In this document: piece by piece, positions 30,920 through 40,417 of the stretch | How the letters are laid out: every line of letters begins with the position of its first letter | Numbering within the stretch: the first letter of the stretch is position 1 | Assembly (NCBI GenBank): GCA_964595645.1 | Contig: CAZQQT010000006.1 | Span: 1 to 64,000 of the forward strand | Length of the DNA stretch: 64,000 bases | Reading direction: 5' to 3' | From: an uncultured Thermococci archaeon | GTDB taxonomy: Archaea; Methanobacteriota_B; Thermococci; Methanofastidiosales; B48-G16 | The notes under the pieces: model-generated | Seen by the model: only the letters and a program-made list of their open reading frames with translations | What the model was told of the DNA's origin: nothing | Database searches by the model: none | Made by a program: the position numbers and the translations under genes

Positions 30920-30992
30920 CTCTTTCTATTCACGTTGAGATTCAAAAGAGCATATGCGCAATATATAAATGCACATCACTGCTACCATTGAC

Positions 30993-31526
30993 ATGGTCAC
31001 CTTCATCGTGAAGAGCAACACGGCACAAGCGACCTTTCTCTTAAAAGATCTCCCCGGTAGTGGAAGAAGAATTGACATTCTCTGTCGATGCGTCAACTCT
31101 GCCTTCTGTCTTTCCCATGACATCCGACGGGATGTGACACTGTATCTCTGTTTTGCCGGAAAAACACTCACATTCGTGGGAAGGGAACTGAAGCATCTCA
31201 CACCCGATGAGCGGGGGATTGCCGTTATCATCCAAAAAGCGCTTGAAGGCAACCCTACTCCCGGCGTCTATGTGAGTAATGCCACCTTTGAGGAGACGCT
31301 GCGAGAACAAAAAGGTGAAATAGTATTCCTCCACGAAGAAGGGGAAGATATCTCGCACATATCGTTGCACGAGAACATGTGCTTTGTCCTCGCGGGCCAT
31401 AAAGGATTTAATAAAACAGATCAGAAACTCTTAGAACGCATGGGGAAAAAGGTGAGTATCTCACCGAAGATACTCCACACCGATCACTGCATTATCGTCG
31501 TCCACAACTTCCTAGACCGAGTGTGA
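30993..31526 (+). CDS. trmY: tRNA (pseudouridine54-N1)-methyltransferase
   Basis: DLPGSGRRIDILCRC, FCLSHDIRRD, PDER, SPKILHTDHCIIVVHNFLDR. Confidence 0.88.
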   Translation: MVTFIVKSNTAQATFLLKDLPGSGRRIDILCRCVNSAFCLSHDIRRDVTLYLCFAGKTLTFVGRELKHLTPDERGIAVIIQKALEGNPTPGVYVSNATFEETLREQKGEIVFLHEEGEDISHISLHENMCFVLAGHKGFNKTDQKLLERMGKKVSISPKILHTDHCIIVVHNFLDRV

Positions 31527-32996
31527 CCGTACCTCCACGGCCATGCCCCGCTCCATCTTTTTCATCATATAGCCGGGAACAACAGCCGTTCCCACACCCA
31601 CTGCCTTCCCCTCTCTGATCACTACAACGTCCTCTCCAGGATTGAGTGATGTGTCACACTCGAGCACACCGACACAGAAGACATCTCCTTTCAACTCGAA
31701 ATCGATTGTCACGTAGTGTGTGTCATGTGTATAGAGCAGTTCCGATCCTTTCACGGTGAGTCTGAGTCCTCTTTTTCTGTCGTACCGCGCGAGTAGATTG
31801 TTGTCAGTGTATATTTCCAGCCTCCGCCTCCTCTTCTTCACCGTAATGTTTTCGGGGAAAATATCGACGCCGTAGAGAAACTCGGAGACCTTTCGAAGCT
31901 TCTGATTTCGGCATTCTGGAATTTCGTCTTGATACTCTCTGATCGTCGCCGTGAGATCATCGGTGATCTCGGCGTCCGGGTACACATCCTGGTATTCCTC
32001 AGGAACATGTGCGATGATCCGTGGGTCGTCCGCTTTTTTAAGGAGTGAGTCCAGAAGGGTTTTCGCTTCGTCTGTTTCTTCCTGGGTCCAGTCACCGGTC
32101 ACCACAATGTCGTAGTCCGCGTAGTCCTCGAGTTCCCGTGGTACGACACCTAGGGGAGACGTGAGAATGAGCTGCGTGATGCCGTAATACTGATTTCTGT
32201 TCTTTACTTCTCGTTTTATCGCGCTGATAAATTTTCGATGGGATTGTGAGAGAGAGTATGGCTTTTTAGCAGAACACGGGAGCAACACAATGAAATTGGA
32301 GTGTGGAGCGTAGTTCTCCTTAACCTTTTTCCTCCAGTGCACAGTCTCGGGCCTGTAGAGCGAGTCCTCCGAGATGTAGATATCTTTCTGATCTTTTATC
32401 TTTACATTCTTTACAAGGTGATCCGAGAACTCTCTGTACGCAATTCTCAGGAGTCGTTTTGTTTTTATCGAGCTGTTCGCCTCTTTCTCCACATACTGCT
32501 TTGTTGTATTCTCCAGAAACTCCTTCAACGCTTTTTTATGCTCTGTTGAGTACGGAAACACATCGAACCCGAGAAACGCATAGACCGGGATCTCCTCGGG
32601 GTTGCAGTCGATGAAAAAAAGTGTATGTGGATACTTCTCTCTGAGCGTGAAAAACACATCCAAAAACCGCCGTTCTTCCGCACCATCGAAAAGAAAGAGT
32701 TCTCCCTCACATTTTTTATACCGCTCATTCAGCTCGCGAGACTGGACCACACGGATGGGCACCACTTCTCGCGTCATCGGATGCACGAACAGCTTTCCGA
32801 TATTGTGAGGGATGGAGTAGGAAGGTCGCAGATATCCATTCTCCTTGATACCCTTAAAAAATGGTTTATTATAGGTAATATCGTCAATGATGATTTTTTC
32901 CCTCTCAACCCTCGCGAGACATGGCGTTTTTACCTCCTCACTGTTTTTCGTGAAGAGGCCGATCCTGTAGTTGTCGATCTCGAGCAGCTCGTACAT
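31512..32996 (-). CDS. arcS: Archaeosine synthase alpha subunit (TgtA2/ArcS) with PUA domain
   Basis: LLPCSAKKPYSLSQSH, TSPLGVVPRELE, YDIVVTGDW, C-terminal PUA. Confidence 0.85.
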   Translation of the reverse strand: MYELLEIDNYRIGLFTKNSEEVKTPCLARVEREKIIIDDITYNKPFFKGIKENGYLRPSYSIPHNIGKLFVHPMTREVVPIRVVQSRELNERYKKCEGELFLFDGAEERRFLDVFFTLREKYPHTLFFIDCNPEEIPVYAFLGFDVFPYSTEHKKALKEFLENTTKQYVEKEANSSIKTKRLLRIAYREFSDHLVKNVKIKDQKDIYISEDSLYRPETVHWRKKVKENYAPHSNFIVLLPCSAKKPYSLSQSHRKFISAIKREVKNRNQYYGITQLILTSPLGVVPRELEDYADYDIVVTGDWTQEETDEAKTLLDSLLKKADDPRIIAHVPEEYQDVYPDAEITDDLTATIREYQDEIPECRNQKLRKVSEFLYGVDIFPENITVKKRRRRLEIYTDNNLLARYDRKRGLRLTVKGSELLYTHDTHYVTIDFELKGDVFCVGVLECDTSLNPGEDVVVIREGKAVGVGTAVVPGYMMKKMERGMAVEVRSHSV

Positions 32997-33073
32997 ATAT
33001 GGTATAAGGTATACGGTACTTTAATTCTTTTTCTCCACCGCTCTACAAGAGATGTCTTTCAAAGAAAAAATCA

Positions 33074-33172
33074 TGAGTGGGCCCGAACTGGATCAAATCT
33101 TTGATTTGGTACATCCTTTTTCATCGCAGATGAAAAATTCTTAGGGTCCACGAGCAATGTGAGTGGGCCCGA
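33074..33172 (-). repeat. 13-bp duplication of the tRNA-Ile2 3' end (33160-33172 and 33074-33086) enclosing a 73-nt segment that contains the double-hairpin element
   Basis: TCGGGCCCACTCA (minus strand) occurs twice; the enclosed core matches the element behind tRNA-Pro. Confidence 0.9.
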
Positions 33173-33237
33173 CGGGATTTGAACCCACGACCGCCCGGTT
33201 ATGAGCCGGGTGCTCTACCAAACTAAGCTACGGGCCC
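33164..33237 (-). tRNA. tRNA with CAT anticodon, most likely tRNA-Ile2 (agmatidine-modified)
   Basis: GGGCCCGTAGCTTAG...CCCGGCTCATAACCGGG...TTCAAAT...CGGGCCCA; GGGCCC acceptor typical of archaeal Ile tRNAs rather than Met. Confidence 0.88.
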
Positions 33238-33628
33238 TCAAAAGACCGACGTGGTCGAAGACCACGTCCAGCTGTAACGCCGTCAGCCGGATTGTGTACT
33301 CCGAATTTAACGCCGACCAGACAACGCTTCTATGAAACTACTACTCATTCACGGAGATCCTTATTTAAATTTTTCGGGAGGTTCGTGTGAGTTTCTTCTA
33401 AAATCCTATACTGTTCTCAGCAATATAGTATATGAGTTTACTACAGATCGACATAGGTTCATAATTTGCAGCCCTCTAAATCCAATGAGTTACTGAAGAG
33501 GTTGTCTTAGGTAACGTCTGTTTTGGTAAGTTATACGATACAAAATTTGTTAAGCATAACCTTTTAAACTTGGAGACTATAGGGTGTAGTAGAACAAAAT
33601 ACATAGGTAACAAAAAAAAATCGAGAAT

Positions 33629-34363
33629 ATGTATCTTGAAAATAATAAATCTGATCTGGAAAAAAAGCTTTATATGTGTAAAGTTTGTGTAGAACACAGT
33701 GGGTGCTGGGGGCCAGAGTTGACTAAGAAATATAATCCATTATCCATGACATTTTTCTGTGTAGAGAATCCAGAAGAAGACATTCTTAACTCTATTGTTA
33801 AAATAGAATCTACGAATAAATTCAATATTGAACACCTCTTAGAGAACAAAACTAGAAATGTATTGGATATAACACCTATATCCCCTTTTAATAGTGCTAA
33901 ACCATCTAAAAAAGAGTATAATAGTCTACTCCTCTATGTAAAAAGCAGAGATCCAGAGATAACCTCTCTAATAGTGGAACATGATTTGATTCCTGTTCCC
34001 CCCGTGAGAGTATATTATGGGGTAGAGCAGTGGACTTTACTCTCAGATGAAAAAGAGAAGTTTGACGAGTTTTACAGAAAGTTAAGGAGAGTAGGCAATG
34101 CAAAAATAAAGAGTTTTAAACCTTTCTCTTCGGAATTTAATCTTGATTCAAGTTTTGATGTCGCATTACCTTCTCCACTCAGCGATAGACAAAGAGAAGT
34201 GCTATCTGTTTTTCATAAAGAAGGATACTATGACTGGCCGAGAAAAACGACAATAAAAGAAGTGAGCGAAAAGTTCGACCAATGCCGTTCAACTGTACAG
34301 GAACATCTGAGAAAGGCAGAGTCGAGGATAATGTCTCTATTTATAGAAAAACACTTAAAATAG
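33629..34363 (+). CDS. HTH-10 (bacterio-opsin activator-type) transcriptional regulator
   Basis: LSDRQREVL...GYYDWPRKTT...STVQEHLRKAE C-terminal HTH_10. Confidence 0.85.
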   Translation: MYLENNKSDLEKKLYMCKVCVEHSGCWGPELTKKYNPLSMTFFCVENPEEDILNSIVKIESTNKFNIEHLLENKTRNVLDITPISPFNSAKPSKKEYNSLLLYVKSRDPEITSLIVEHDLIPVPPVRVYYGVEQWTLLSDEKEKFDEFYRKLRRVGNAKIKSFKPFSSEFNLDSSFDVALPSPLSDRQREVLSVFHKEGYYDWPRKTTIKEVSEKFDQCRSTVQEHLRKAESRIMSLFIEKHLK

Positions 34364-34470
34364 TATTAATTTTAAAAATTTGTGGCAATTAACATTCTTA
34401 TATAGTCTTTTTTCTTTAAAAAATTTGAAAAGAGATAATGTAGTCAGTATTTGCTCTTCAAATGGTATGC

Positions 34471-34478
34471 GCATATGC
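34471..34478. promoter_or_regulatory. GCATATGC operator upstream of the M24/flavoprotein operon
   Basis: Palindrome followed by GGAAAAAG and an AT-rich box; recurs at island promoters. Confidence 0.65.
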
Positions 34479-34528
34479 CGGAAAAAGAAATATTAGATAT
34501 AAGAAAGCTATTTTTTTGAGATGATCTT

Positions 34529-35680
34529 ATGAGTAGGGGGATTAAAAAAAGAGAAATAAAAAACAGGATCAGTAAAGTTAGAAAAATAATGGAAAAAGAA
34601 GGTATGAATGCGCTTATTGTAATCGGCAGATCATTTTACGACAGAGTAGGAAATTTGGCATATCTATCAAACCATATCCCCGCATTTCCAGCCTCTACAT
34701 TCAGTGGCACCGTGAAAGGCCTCGGACATGGGGTGTTGCTTCTTCCTTTGGATGATGAACCTGTGTTACTGGTAGATGGTCCTGACTACAGAGAAGACTT
34801 GGTAGCGATAGATGACGTAAGAATAGGACTTGATATGCCATCGGCACTTAAAGAGATCCTCGAAGAGAAAGAGCTGACAGAAGCTACTATTGGCATCGTG
34901 GGATCGGACATCATGCCGCTCACATTTTATTGGGATATTTCTTCCAAAATGCCTAAAATACAATTTGAAAATGCGGATGACATCGTAAATTCTTTAAGAG
35001 CTGTGAAAAGCAAAGAAGAAATTAAATTATTAAAAAAAGCAGCAGAAATAGCAGATTTAGGGCTAAAAGCTGCTTTAAATGAAATAAAAGAAGGAAAAAA
35101 GGAGTCAGAGATTTGTGCAACGGGAATAAAAGCTAGTATCGAAGCTGGAGCAGATTTTGTTCGTTATTTAAGAGTACATTCTGGAAAATGGTCCACAATG
35201 ACATCCAGATGGCCTCAAGCTACCAAAAAAAAGATAAAAACAGGGGAAATTATCAATTTGGATTTAATTGGTGCCTATAGAGGATACCAATTTGACGTGA
35301 ACAGAAGTACAATTTTGGGAAAACCAAGTAAAAAACAATATGATCTTCTGGAGGCAGGGCTAAAAGCTACCCGTTTTGCTGTAAAAATGGCAAAACCGGG
35401 GATAAAAGTGAGTGAAATAGTAGAAAAAACATTAGAATTTGCTGATGAAATGGGATATAAAGAGTATATGTCTGGATTTATGGGACACGGAATAGGGTTA
35501 GAGACAGTTGAAGATCCCTACATCTTGGAGGGTGTGAGTGGCGAATTGAGTGAGAACATGGTGGTGAATATTGAGCCTGGAATCACGGTTCCAGAATTTG
35601 CAGGAGTACGAATAGAGCAGGAAACGATAGTGAAGCAAAATCCTGAGGTTATTGTAGGAATTGATGATAAATTATGGTAA
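34529..35680 (+). CDS. M24-family (Xaa-Pro) peptidase
   Basis: Creatinase-like N domain; metal ligands in DLIG...DVNR, GHGIG, IEPG and RIEQ. Confidence 0.85.
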   Translation: MSRGIKKREIKNRISKVRKIMEKEGMNALIVIGRSFYDRVGNLAYLSNHIPAFPASTFSGTVKGLGHGVLLLPLDDEPVLLVDGPDYREDLVAIDDVRIGLDMPSALKEILEEKELTEATIGIVGSDIMPLTFYWDISSKMPKIQFENADDIVNSLRAVKSKEEIKLLKKAAEIADLGLKAALNEIKEGKKESEICATGIKASIEAGADFVRYLRVHSGKWSTMTSRWPQATKKKIKTGEIINLDLIGAYRGYQFDVNRSTILGKPSKKQYDLLEAGLKATRFAVKMAKPGIKVSEIVEKTLEFADEMGYKEYMSGFMGHGIGLETVEDPYILEGVSGELSENMVVNIEPGITVPEFAGVRIEQETIVKQNPEVIVGIDDKLW

Positions 35681-35695
35681 TTGGAGGGAAATATT

Positions 35696-37399
35696 ATGGA
35701 AAATAATATGAAAACAGACGTTCTCGTAATTGGCTCCGGAGGTGCGGGAGCTAGAGCTGCAATCGAAGCTGCTTTAAATGGTGCTGACGTGGTTATTGCC
35801 ACTAAGGGAAATTTGGCAAAAAGTGGAATCACTCCATTGGCAGAATGGTCCTTTGAAGCGCCCTTGGGCCATGCGGACCCACAAGATAGTGCTGAAATTC
35901 ACTTTGAGGACACTGTCAGAGAAGGAAGATTTCTTTCAGATCAGAATCTAGTCGAAGCGCTAGTAAATGACGCTGTAGAGAGAGTCCATGATCTTGAGAA
36001 GTTTGGAGTCCGGTTCAAAAAAGACAACGGGAAGTTCGTCCAAACAAAGATACCGGGTCAGTCCCACCCTCGATCGGTAATGATTATTAATGGAGGATTG
36101 GGGATGATGATGGGCCTCAAAAAAGAGATGAAAAAACACGAACAAATCCGCCCTTTAGAAGACACTATCATTACAAAAATTCTTACTGAGAAAAAAAGAG
36201 TTTCTGGAGCAACGTTTTTGAATTTGCGAACAGGAGAGTTCGGCCATATTCAATGTAACGCCATTGTAATCGCTACCGGAGGACATCAGGAACTGTGGCC
36301 GGTAACAGATACTCCTCCAGAGTCTGTGGGTGATGGATTTGTCCTTGCGTACTATGCTGGAGCAGAAATGGTGGACATGGAAATGCTTCTCTTCTACCCT
36401 GTGGTAGCAGTCTATCCAGAGCATATAAGAGGAACTATAATACCATATGAATGTTGTATTGAACCTTCATATGCAAGTGGTAAGTTGATAAATGGAACAG
36501 GAGAGGAATTTTTGCCTGAAGGAAGCCCTCCTGTGAGAGACATCCTAATACGGAAGATGTTTGACGAAATAAATGAAGGAAGGGGAACAGAACATGATGG
36601 TATCTATCTCGATCTCGCTAAATCCCCCAAATCAAAGAAAGAGATAACCGGATATCTGGAAGATATGATCCCCTCAACATTTAAACATTTGCTGGATCTA
36701 GACGTCGATATCCGAGAAGAACCGATAGAAATTGCCCCTGCAGCACATTATGCATTGGGAGGAATAAAAATTAATGAGAAGGGGGAAACGAATATAACAG
36801 GACTTTATGCTGCTGGGGAATGTGCCGGAAATGTCCAGGGCGCAAACAGGTTATCGGGAAATGCTTTAACTGAAACACAGGTATTTGGCACCAGAGCAGG
36901 AAAAAACGCTGCCATTTACTCACAAAAAAAAGGACATCTCACCGCTGAAGACGACAAGGTAGCAAACGAAAAGAAGAGAATTATGGCATATCTAGAAGAA
37001 AAAGAAAACGGATCGAGGCCTCTCCATCTTAAAGAGAAGATCAAAAAGATAATGTGGAAATACGTAGGGCCAAAAAGAGAGGAAGGGGGGCTGAAGAGAG
37101 CGGTGAAAGAACTTTCAAGGCTAAGAGAAAACGATCTCGCTAAAATTTATGCGCCAAACATAAACACCTACAATTATGAATGGATGGAGGCAATTGAAGC
37201 CGATTCTATGGTAACTGTTGCTGAAATTGTAAGTGCTGCCGCACTTTTGAGAGAAGAAAGTAGGGGGCACCATTACAGAGAAGATTTTCCTGAACAGGAT
37301 GATGAAAAATGGCTTCAACACACCATGGTGAAGCTTGATAACGGAAAAATGGTTGTGGATACTGCCCCTGTAATCATGAACAAATTAACGCCGGGGTGA
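35696..37399 (+). CDS. SdhA/FrdA/TfrA-family FAD oxidoreductase, substrate unclear
   Basis: GSGGAG, IATGG, HYALGGI, YAAGEC, GANRLSGNAL, REESRGHHYR; lacks QFHPT. Confidence 0.8.
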   Translation: MENNMKTDVLVIGSGGAGARAAIEAALNGADVVIATKGNLAKSGITPLAEWSFEAPLGHADPQDSAEIHFEDTVREGRFLSDQNLVEALVNDAVERVHDLEKFGVRFKKDNGKFVQTKIPGQSHPRSVMIINGGLGMMMGLKKEMKKHEQIRPLEDTIITKILTEKKRVSGATFLNLRTGEFGHIQCNAIVIATGGHQELWPVTDTPPESVGDGFVLAYYAGAEMVDMEMLLFYPVVAVYPEHIRGTIIPYECCIEPSYASGKLINGTGEEFLPEGSPPVRDILIRKMFDEINEGRGTEHDGIYLDLAKSPKSKKEITGYLEDMIPSTFKHLLDLDVDIREEPIEIAPAAHYALGGIKINEKGETNITGLYAAGECAGNVQGANRLSGNALTETQVFGTRAGKNAAIYSQKKGHLTAEDDKVANEKKRIMAYLEEKENGSRPLHLKEKIKKIMWKYVGPKREEGGLKRAVKELSRLRENDLAKIYAPNINTYNYEWMEAIEADSMVTVAEIVSAAALLREESRGHHYREDFPEQDDEKWLQHTMVKLDNGKMVVDTAPVIMNKLTPG

Positions 37400-37403
37400 G
37401 CGT

Positions 37404-37727
37404 ATGAAAGAAAATACTGTACTCCTAAGAATTTACAGGTCCAATACAAACGGATTCGAAAAGTACGAGGTCCCTGCTAAAGGTTCTATTACGTTACAGC
37501 GTGCCATAAAATATGTATATGAGAATTTGGATAGGACACTCGCTTTTAGGAATTATTCCTGTTATAAAGGAGTGTGTAGCAACTGTATGGTAAACCTCAA
37601 TGGGAAAAATGTCAGATCATGTAGTGTTTTGTTACAACCTGGGGAGGAAGCTGTGGTAGAACCTGCGAAGGGATTCCCCGTGATCAGAGACCTCGTTGTA
37701 GATTTCAATAGACCTCGTGAGGAATGA
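37404..37727 (+). CDS. 2Fe-2S protein (SdhB/FrdB N-terminal domain only)
   Basis: SCYKGVCSNC...SC cluster motif, VIRDLVVD end; 107 aa. Confidence 0.8.
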   Translation: MKENTVLLRIYRSNTNGFEKYEVPAKGSITLQRAIKYVYENLDRTLAFRNYSCYKGVCSNCMVNLNGKNVRSCSVLLQPGEEAVVEPAKGFPVIRDLVVDFNRPREE

Positions 37728-39361
37728 GTATGTCAGAAATCGATAAGGACTATTTACCGCCACAAGATGCATTGCCTGAGAAAATATATACACTGCCTGA
37801 GATACGATACTCCGAAAATCTAAATGTGGGAAGAGAGTTGCTTGATAAAACTACTGAAAAAAAAGGCGATAAAACTGCAATTTATTATAAAGATAAAGAA
37901 ATCACGTATTTGGAACTTCAGAAAGATGTAAACAGACTGGCAAATGCCTTGAGCGATCTAGGGATCGAAGAAAATGATAGAATGATGCTGAGGACCCCTA
38001 ATATTCCAGAGTACCTTGTGAGTAACCTCGCGTGTTGGAAGATGCAAGCCATACCTGTGTTAGTTAACCCAATGCTGAGGAAGGAGGAGATATCGTATCG
38101 GGCCAACGACTCAGAGGCAAAGGCAATCATCGTTGATGCAGAAAGTTTGAATGATGTTGAAAAGGCTAAAAACGAACTTGACACGATCGAACACATAATA
38201 GTCATAGATTACGAAAAAGAGGAATATATCTCCTTTAATAAGCTGATGGAAGGAAAATCTTCCAATTTCGAAGCGTATGATTCCCATAAAGATGATATCG
38301 CTAGATTAATATACACATCAGGTACCACAGGGAAACCGAAGGGAGTGATAAGTACCCATGCTGACCTCCTCTCCTCTTGTGGAACACATGGAAAACACGT
38401 ACTGAAACTACATGAGGAGGACGTGATAGGAGGACATCCCTCCGTTACTTTTTCCTACGGCGCTATCAATTTTTGCTTATATCCGTGGTATTTTGGAGCT
38501 AGTTTATCACTCGTTGATACATTCAGCCCTGAAAAAATGTACGAAACAATAGAACAACATGGGATAACCGTACTGTGTTGTATACCCACCGCATACAAAA
38601 TGATGCTGAGTATAGAAGATGCCGAAAAAAAATACGATCTTAGGTCTCTACGGATATGCGAAAGTGCAGGTGAATGGCTCCCCAACACCACATATAAAGA
38701 GTGGAAAAAGAGATTCGGAGTAGAAATTTTAGACAGTTTAGGTTCTTCTGAGCTCATATATTTCCTTTCCACCTATGAAAATGTACCTCCTGATAAGATA
38801 GGATCGACGGGCACTATCGTCCCAGGATACAATGCGAAAATCGTAGATGAAGGATTCAATGAAGTTCCACGAGGCACGGTGGGTAGATTGATCATAAAAG
38901 GACCTGTCGGGAATCAGTACTGGAAAAAACCAGAAAAACAAAGGGAAAGTACATGGAAAGGATGGAGTTTGGCCGGCTTACTCTACGTAGAAGACGAAGA
39001 TGGGTACTTTTGGTACAAGGGGAGAGATGACACGATGATCGTCAGTGCAGGATACAAAATTCCAGGAGGAGAGGTTGAAAATGCGCTGAACTCACATCCC
39101 GCTGTATTGGAATCGGCAATAGTCCCCTCACCACATGAGCTTAGAGGGAGTATCGTGAAGGCGTATATCGTTCTCAATCAAGGATATGAGCCATCAAACT
39201 CATTGAAAAAAGAACTACAGGATTTCGTAAAGCAAAAGATTGAGCCGTATAAGTATCCCAGAGAAATAGAATTTGTTGAAAAAGGAAAAATGCCTAAAAC
39301 CTCAACGGGAAAAATTCAACGATTTAAATTAAAAGAAAAAGAGAAGGAAAGAAAGACGTAA
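37724..39361 (+). CDS. Acyl-CoA synthetase, benzoate/2-aminobenzoate-CoA ligase-like
   Basis: YTSGTTGKPKG, GRDD, YKYPREIEF, KIQRF; N-terminal DYLPP...LPE.RY..NLN. Confidence 0.8.
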   Translation: MSMSEIDKDYLPPQDALPEKIYTLPEIRYSENLNVGRELLDKTTEKKGDKTAIYYKDKEITYLELQKDVNRLANALSDLGIEENDRMMLRTPNIPEYLVSNLACWKMQAIPVLVNPMLRKEEISYRANDSEAKAIIVDAESLNDVEKAKNELDTIEHIIVIDYEKEEYISFNKLMEGKSSNFEAYDSHKDDIARLIYTSGTTGKPKGVISTHADLLSSCGTHGKHVLKLHEEDVIGGHPSVTFSYGAINFCLYPWYFGASLSLVDTFSPEKMYETIEQHGITVLCCIPTAYKMMLSIEDAEKKYDLRSLRICESAGEWLPNTTYKEWKKRFGVEILDSLGSSELIYFLSTYENVPPDKIGSTGTIVPGYNAKIVDEGFNEVPRGTVGRLIIKGPVGNQYWKKPEKQRESTWKGWSLAGLLYVEDEDGYFWYKGRDDTMIVSAGYKIPGGEVENALNSHPAVLESAIVPSPHELRGSIVKAYIVLNQGYEPSNSLKKELQDFVKQKIEPYKYPREIEFVEKGKMPKTSTGKIQRFKLKEKEKERKT

Positions 39362-39384
39362 AACTTTTCTTTTCTGCCAAAGTC

Positions 39385-39419
39385 GTCCGAGGGGTTACCT
39401 CCTTCCCCTCGGGCTTTTT
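39385..39419 (+). terminator. GC-rich hairpin plus T-tract between convergent operons
   Basis: GTCCGAGGGG-(10 nt loop)-CCCCTCGGGC followed by TTTTT. Confidence 0.55.
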
Positions 39420-39466
39420 AAAATATTTATCAAAAATCTTTTAATTAGAATACATCAACCTTAAAG

Positions 39467-40417
39467 TTATATGTTCAGCACTCCATTTTTCATTATCTCT
39501 TCACCATCGATAAAAACAGATGGCCTTTTAATAATGCAATCAAGATGAATATCTACCTCTATACTCCCTCCAAAACTAGAATTTTTTCCAAGGGCGATAT
39601 GGATGGTGCCTAAAACTTTTTCATCTTCAAGAGGATTTCCTGAAATTATTGCCGCATCATTGGTACCGATGCCAAATTCACCTACCATTTTTGCGCCTTC
39701 CCCATGAGCACTAATACACTTGTTTAATTGTTCCGCTTCACTCTCTCCTTCAATATGAAAAACAGATCCCTCCTCTATCTCAACAGTTATTTCATCCTTT
39801 ACTTTGCCAATACTAGTAATAGAACCATCTACAACAGCCTTTCCATTGATAGAATCTTCTAAAGGAGCTATGAAAGCTTCTCCAGCTGGTAAGTTTCCTA
39901 TAGATCCTTTCTTAGTCAAAATACCAAAATCTGCAATAGATTTTCTTCCTTTTATAGAAAAAGATAAATTTGTACCTTTAGATGAACTAATTTTAATATG
40001 ATTACTTTCATTAAGGATTTGAGCGATTTTTTGGCTCCTATTCCTTACCTTGCTGTAATCAGCATTCATCGTTCTAATTAATATATCTTCATTAATGCCC
40101 GGCATCGTTGCCACTCTTGTACCACTCGTATAGGCCTTCTTTACAGCTTCTGAATGTGTTAAAGAATGTGTCGTTGGACAGACTGCAACATCAGTCTTCA
40201 AGAGCGCAGAGGTTACTAGCGGAGGAGGTTCTCCATCAGTCATTTGAAACGTTGATATCTGAAGAAGAGTAGTATCAGTACTTATTGGAAGAGCAGCTGC
40301 AAACAGAGATTGACCGATAGTCGTTGTTTTTTCATCGCAAACAACAAGAAGATCTTCTTCGGATTGAAATCCCATACATTGTGACAAAACTTTAGATGCT
40401 GCATCCTTTAATTTCAC
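39467..40417 (-). CDS. M29-like (aminopeptidase T/leucyl) aminopeptidase
   Basis: GNLPAGEAFIAP, GEFGIGTN, DEKVLGTIHIALG, IHLD. Confidence 0.8.
   Translation of the reverse strand: MKLKDAASKVLSQCMGFQSEEDLLVVCDEKTTTIGQSLFAAALPISTDTTLLQISTFQMTDGEPPPLVTSALLKTDVAVCPTTHSLTHSEAVKKAYTSGTRVATMPGINEDILIRTMNADYSKVRNRSQKIAQILNESNHIKISSSKGTNLSFSIKGRKSIADFGILTKKGSIGNLPAGEAFIAPLEDSINGKAVVDGSITSIGKVKDEITVEIEEGSVFHIEGESEAEQLNKCISAHGEGAKMVGEFGIGTNDAAIISGNPLEDEKVLGTIHIALGKNSSFGGSIEVDIHLDCIIKRPSVFIDGEEIMKNGVLNI

Noticed and set aside
30950-30957. GCATATGC upstream of trmY as part of the island regulon
   Set aside because: Only about 4 nt from the TATA-like box, lacks the following GGAAAA tract and lies outside the island; may be chance.
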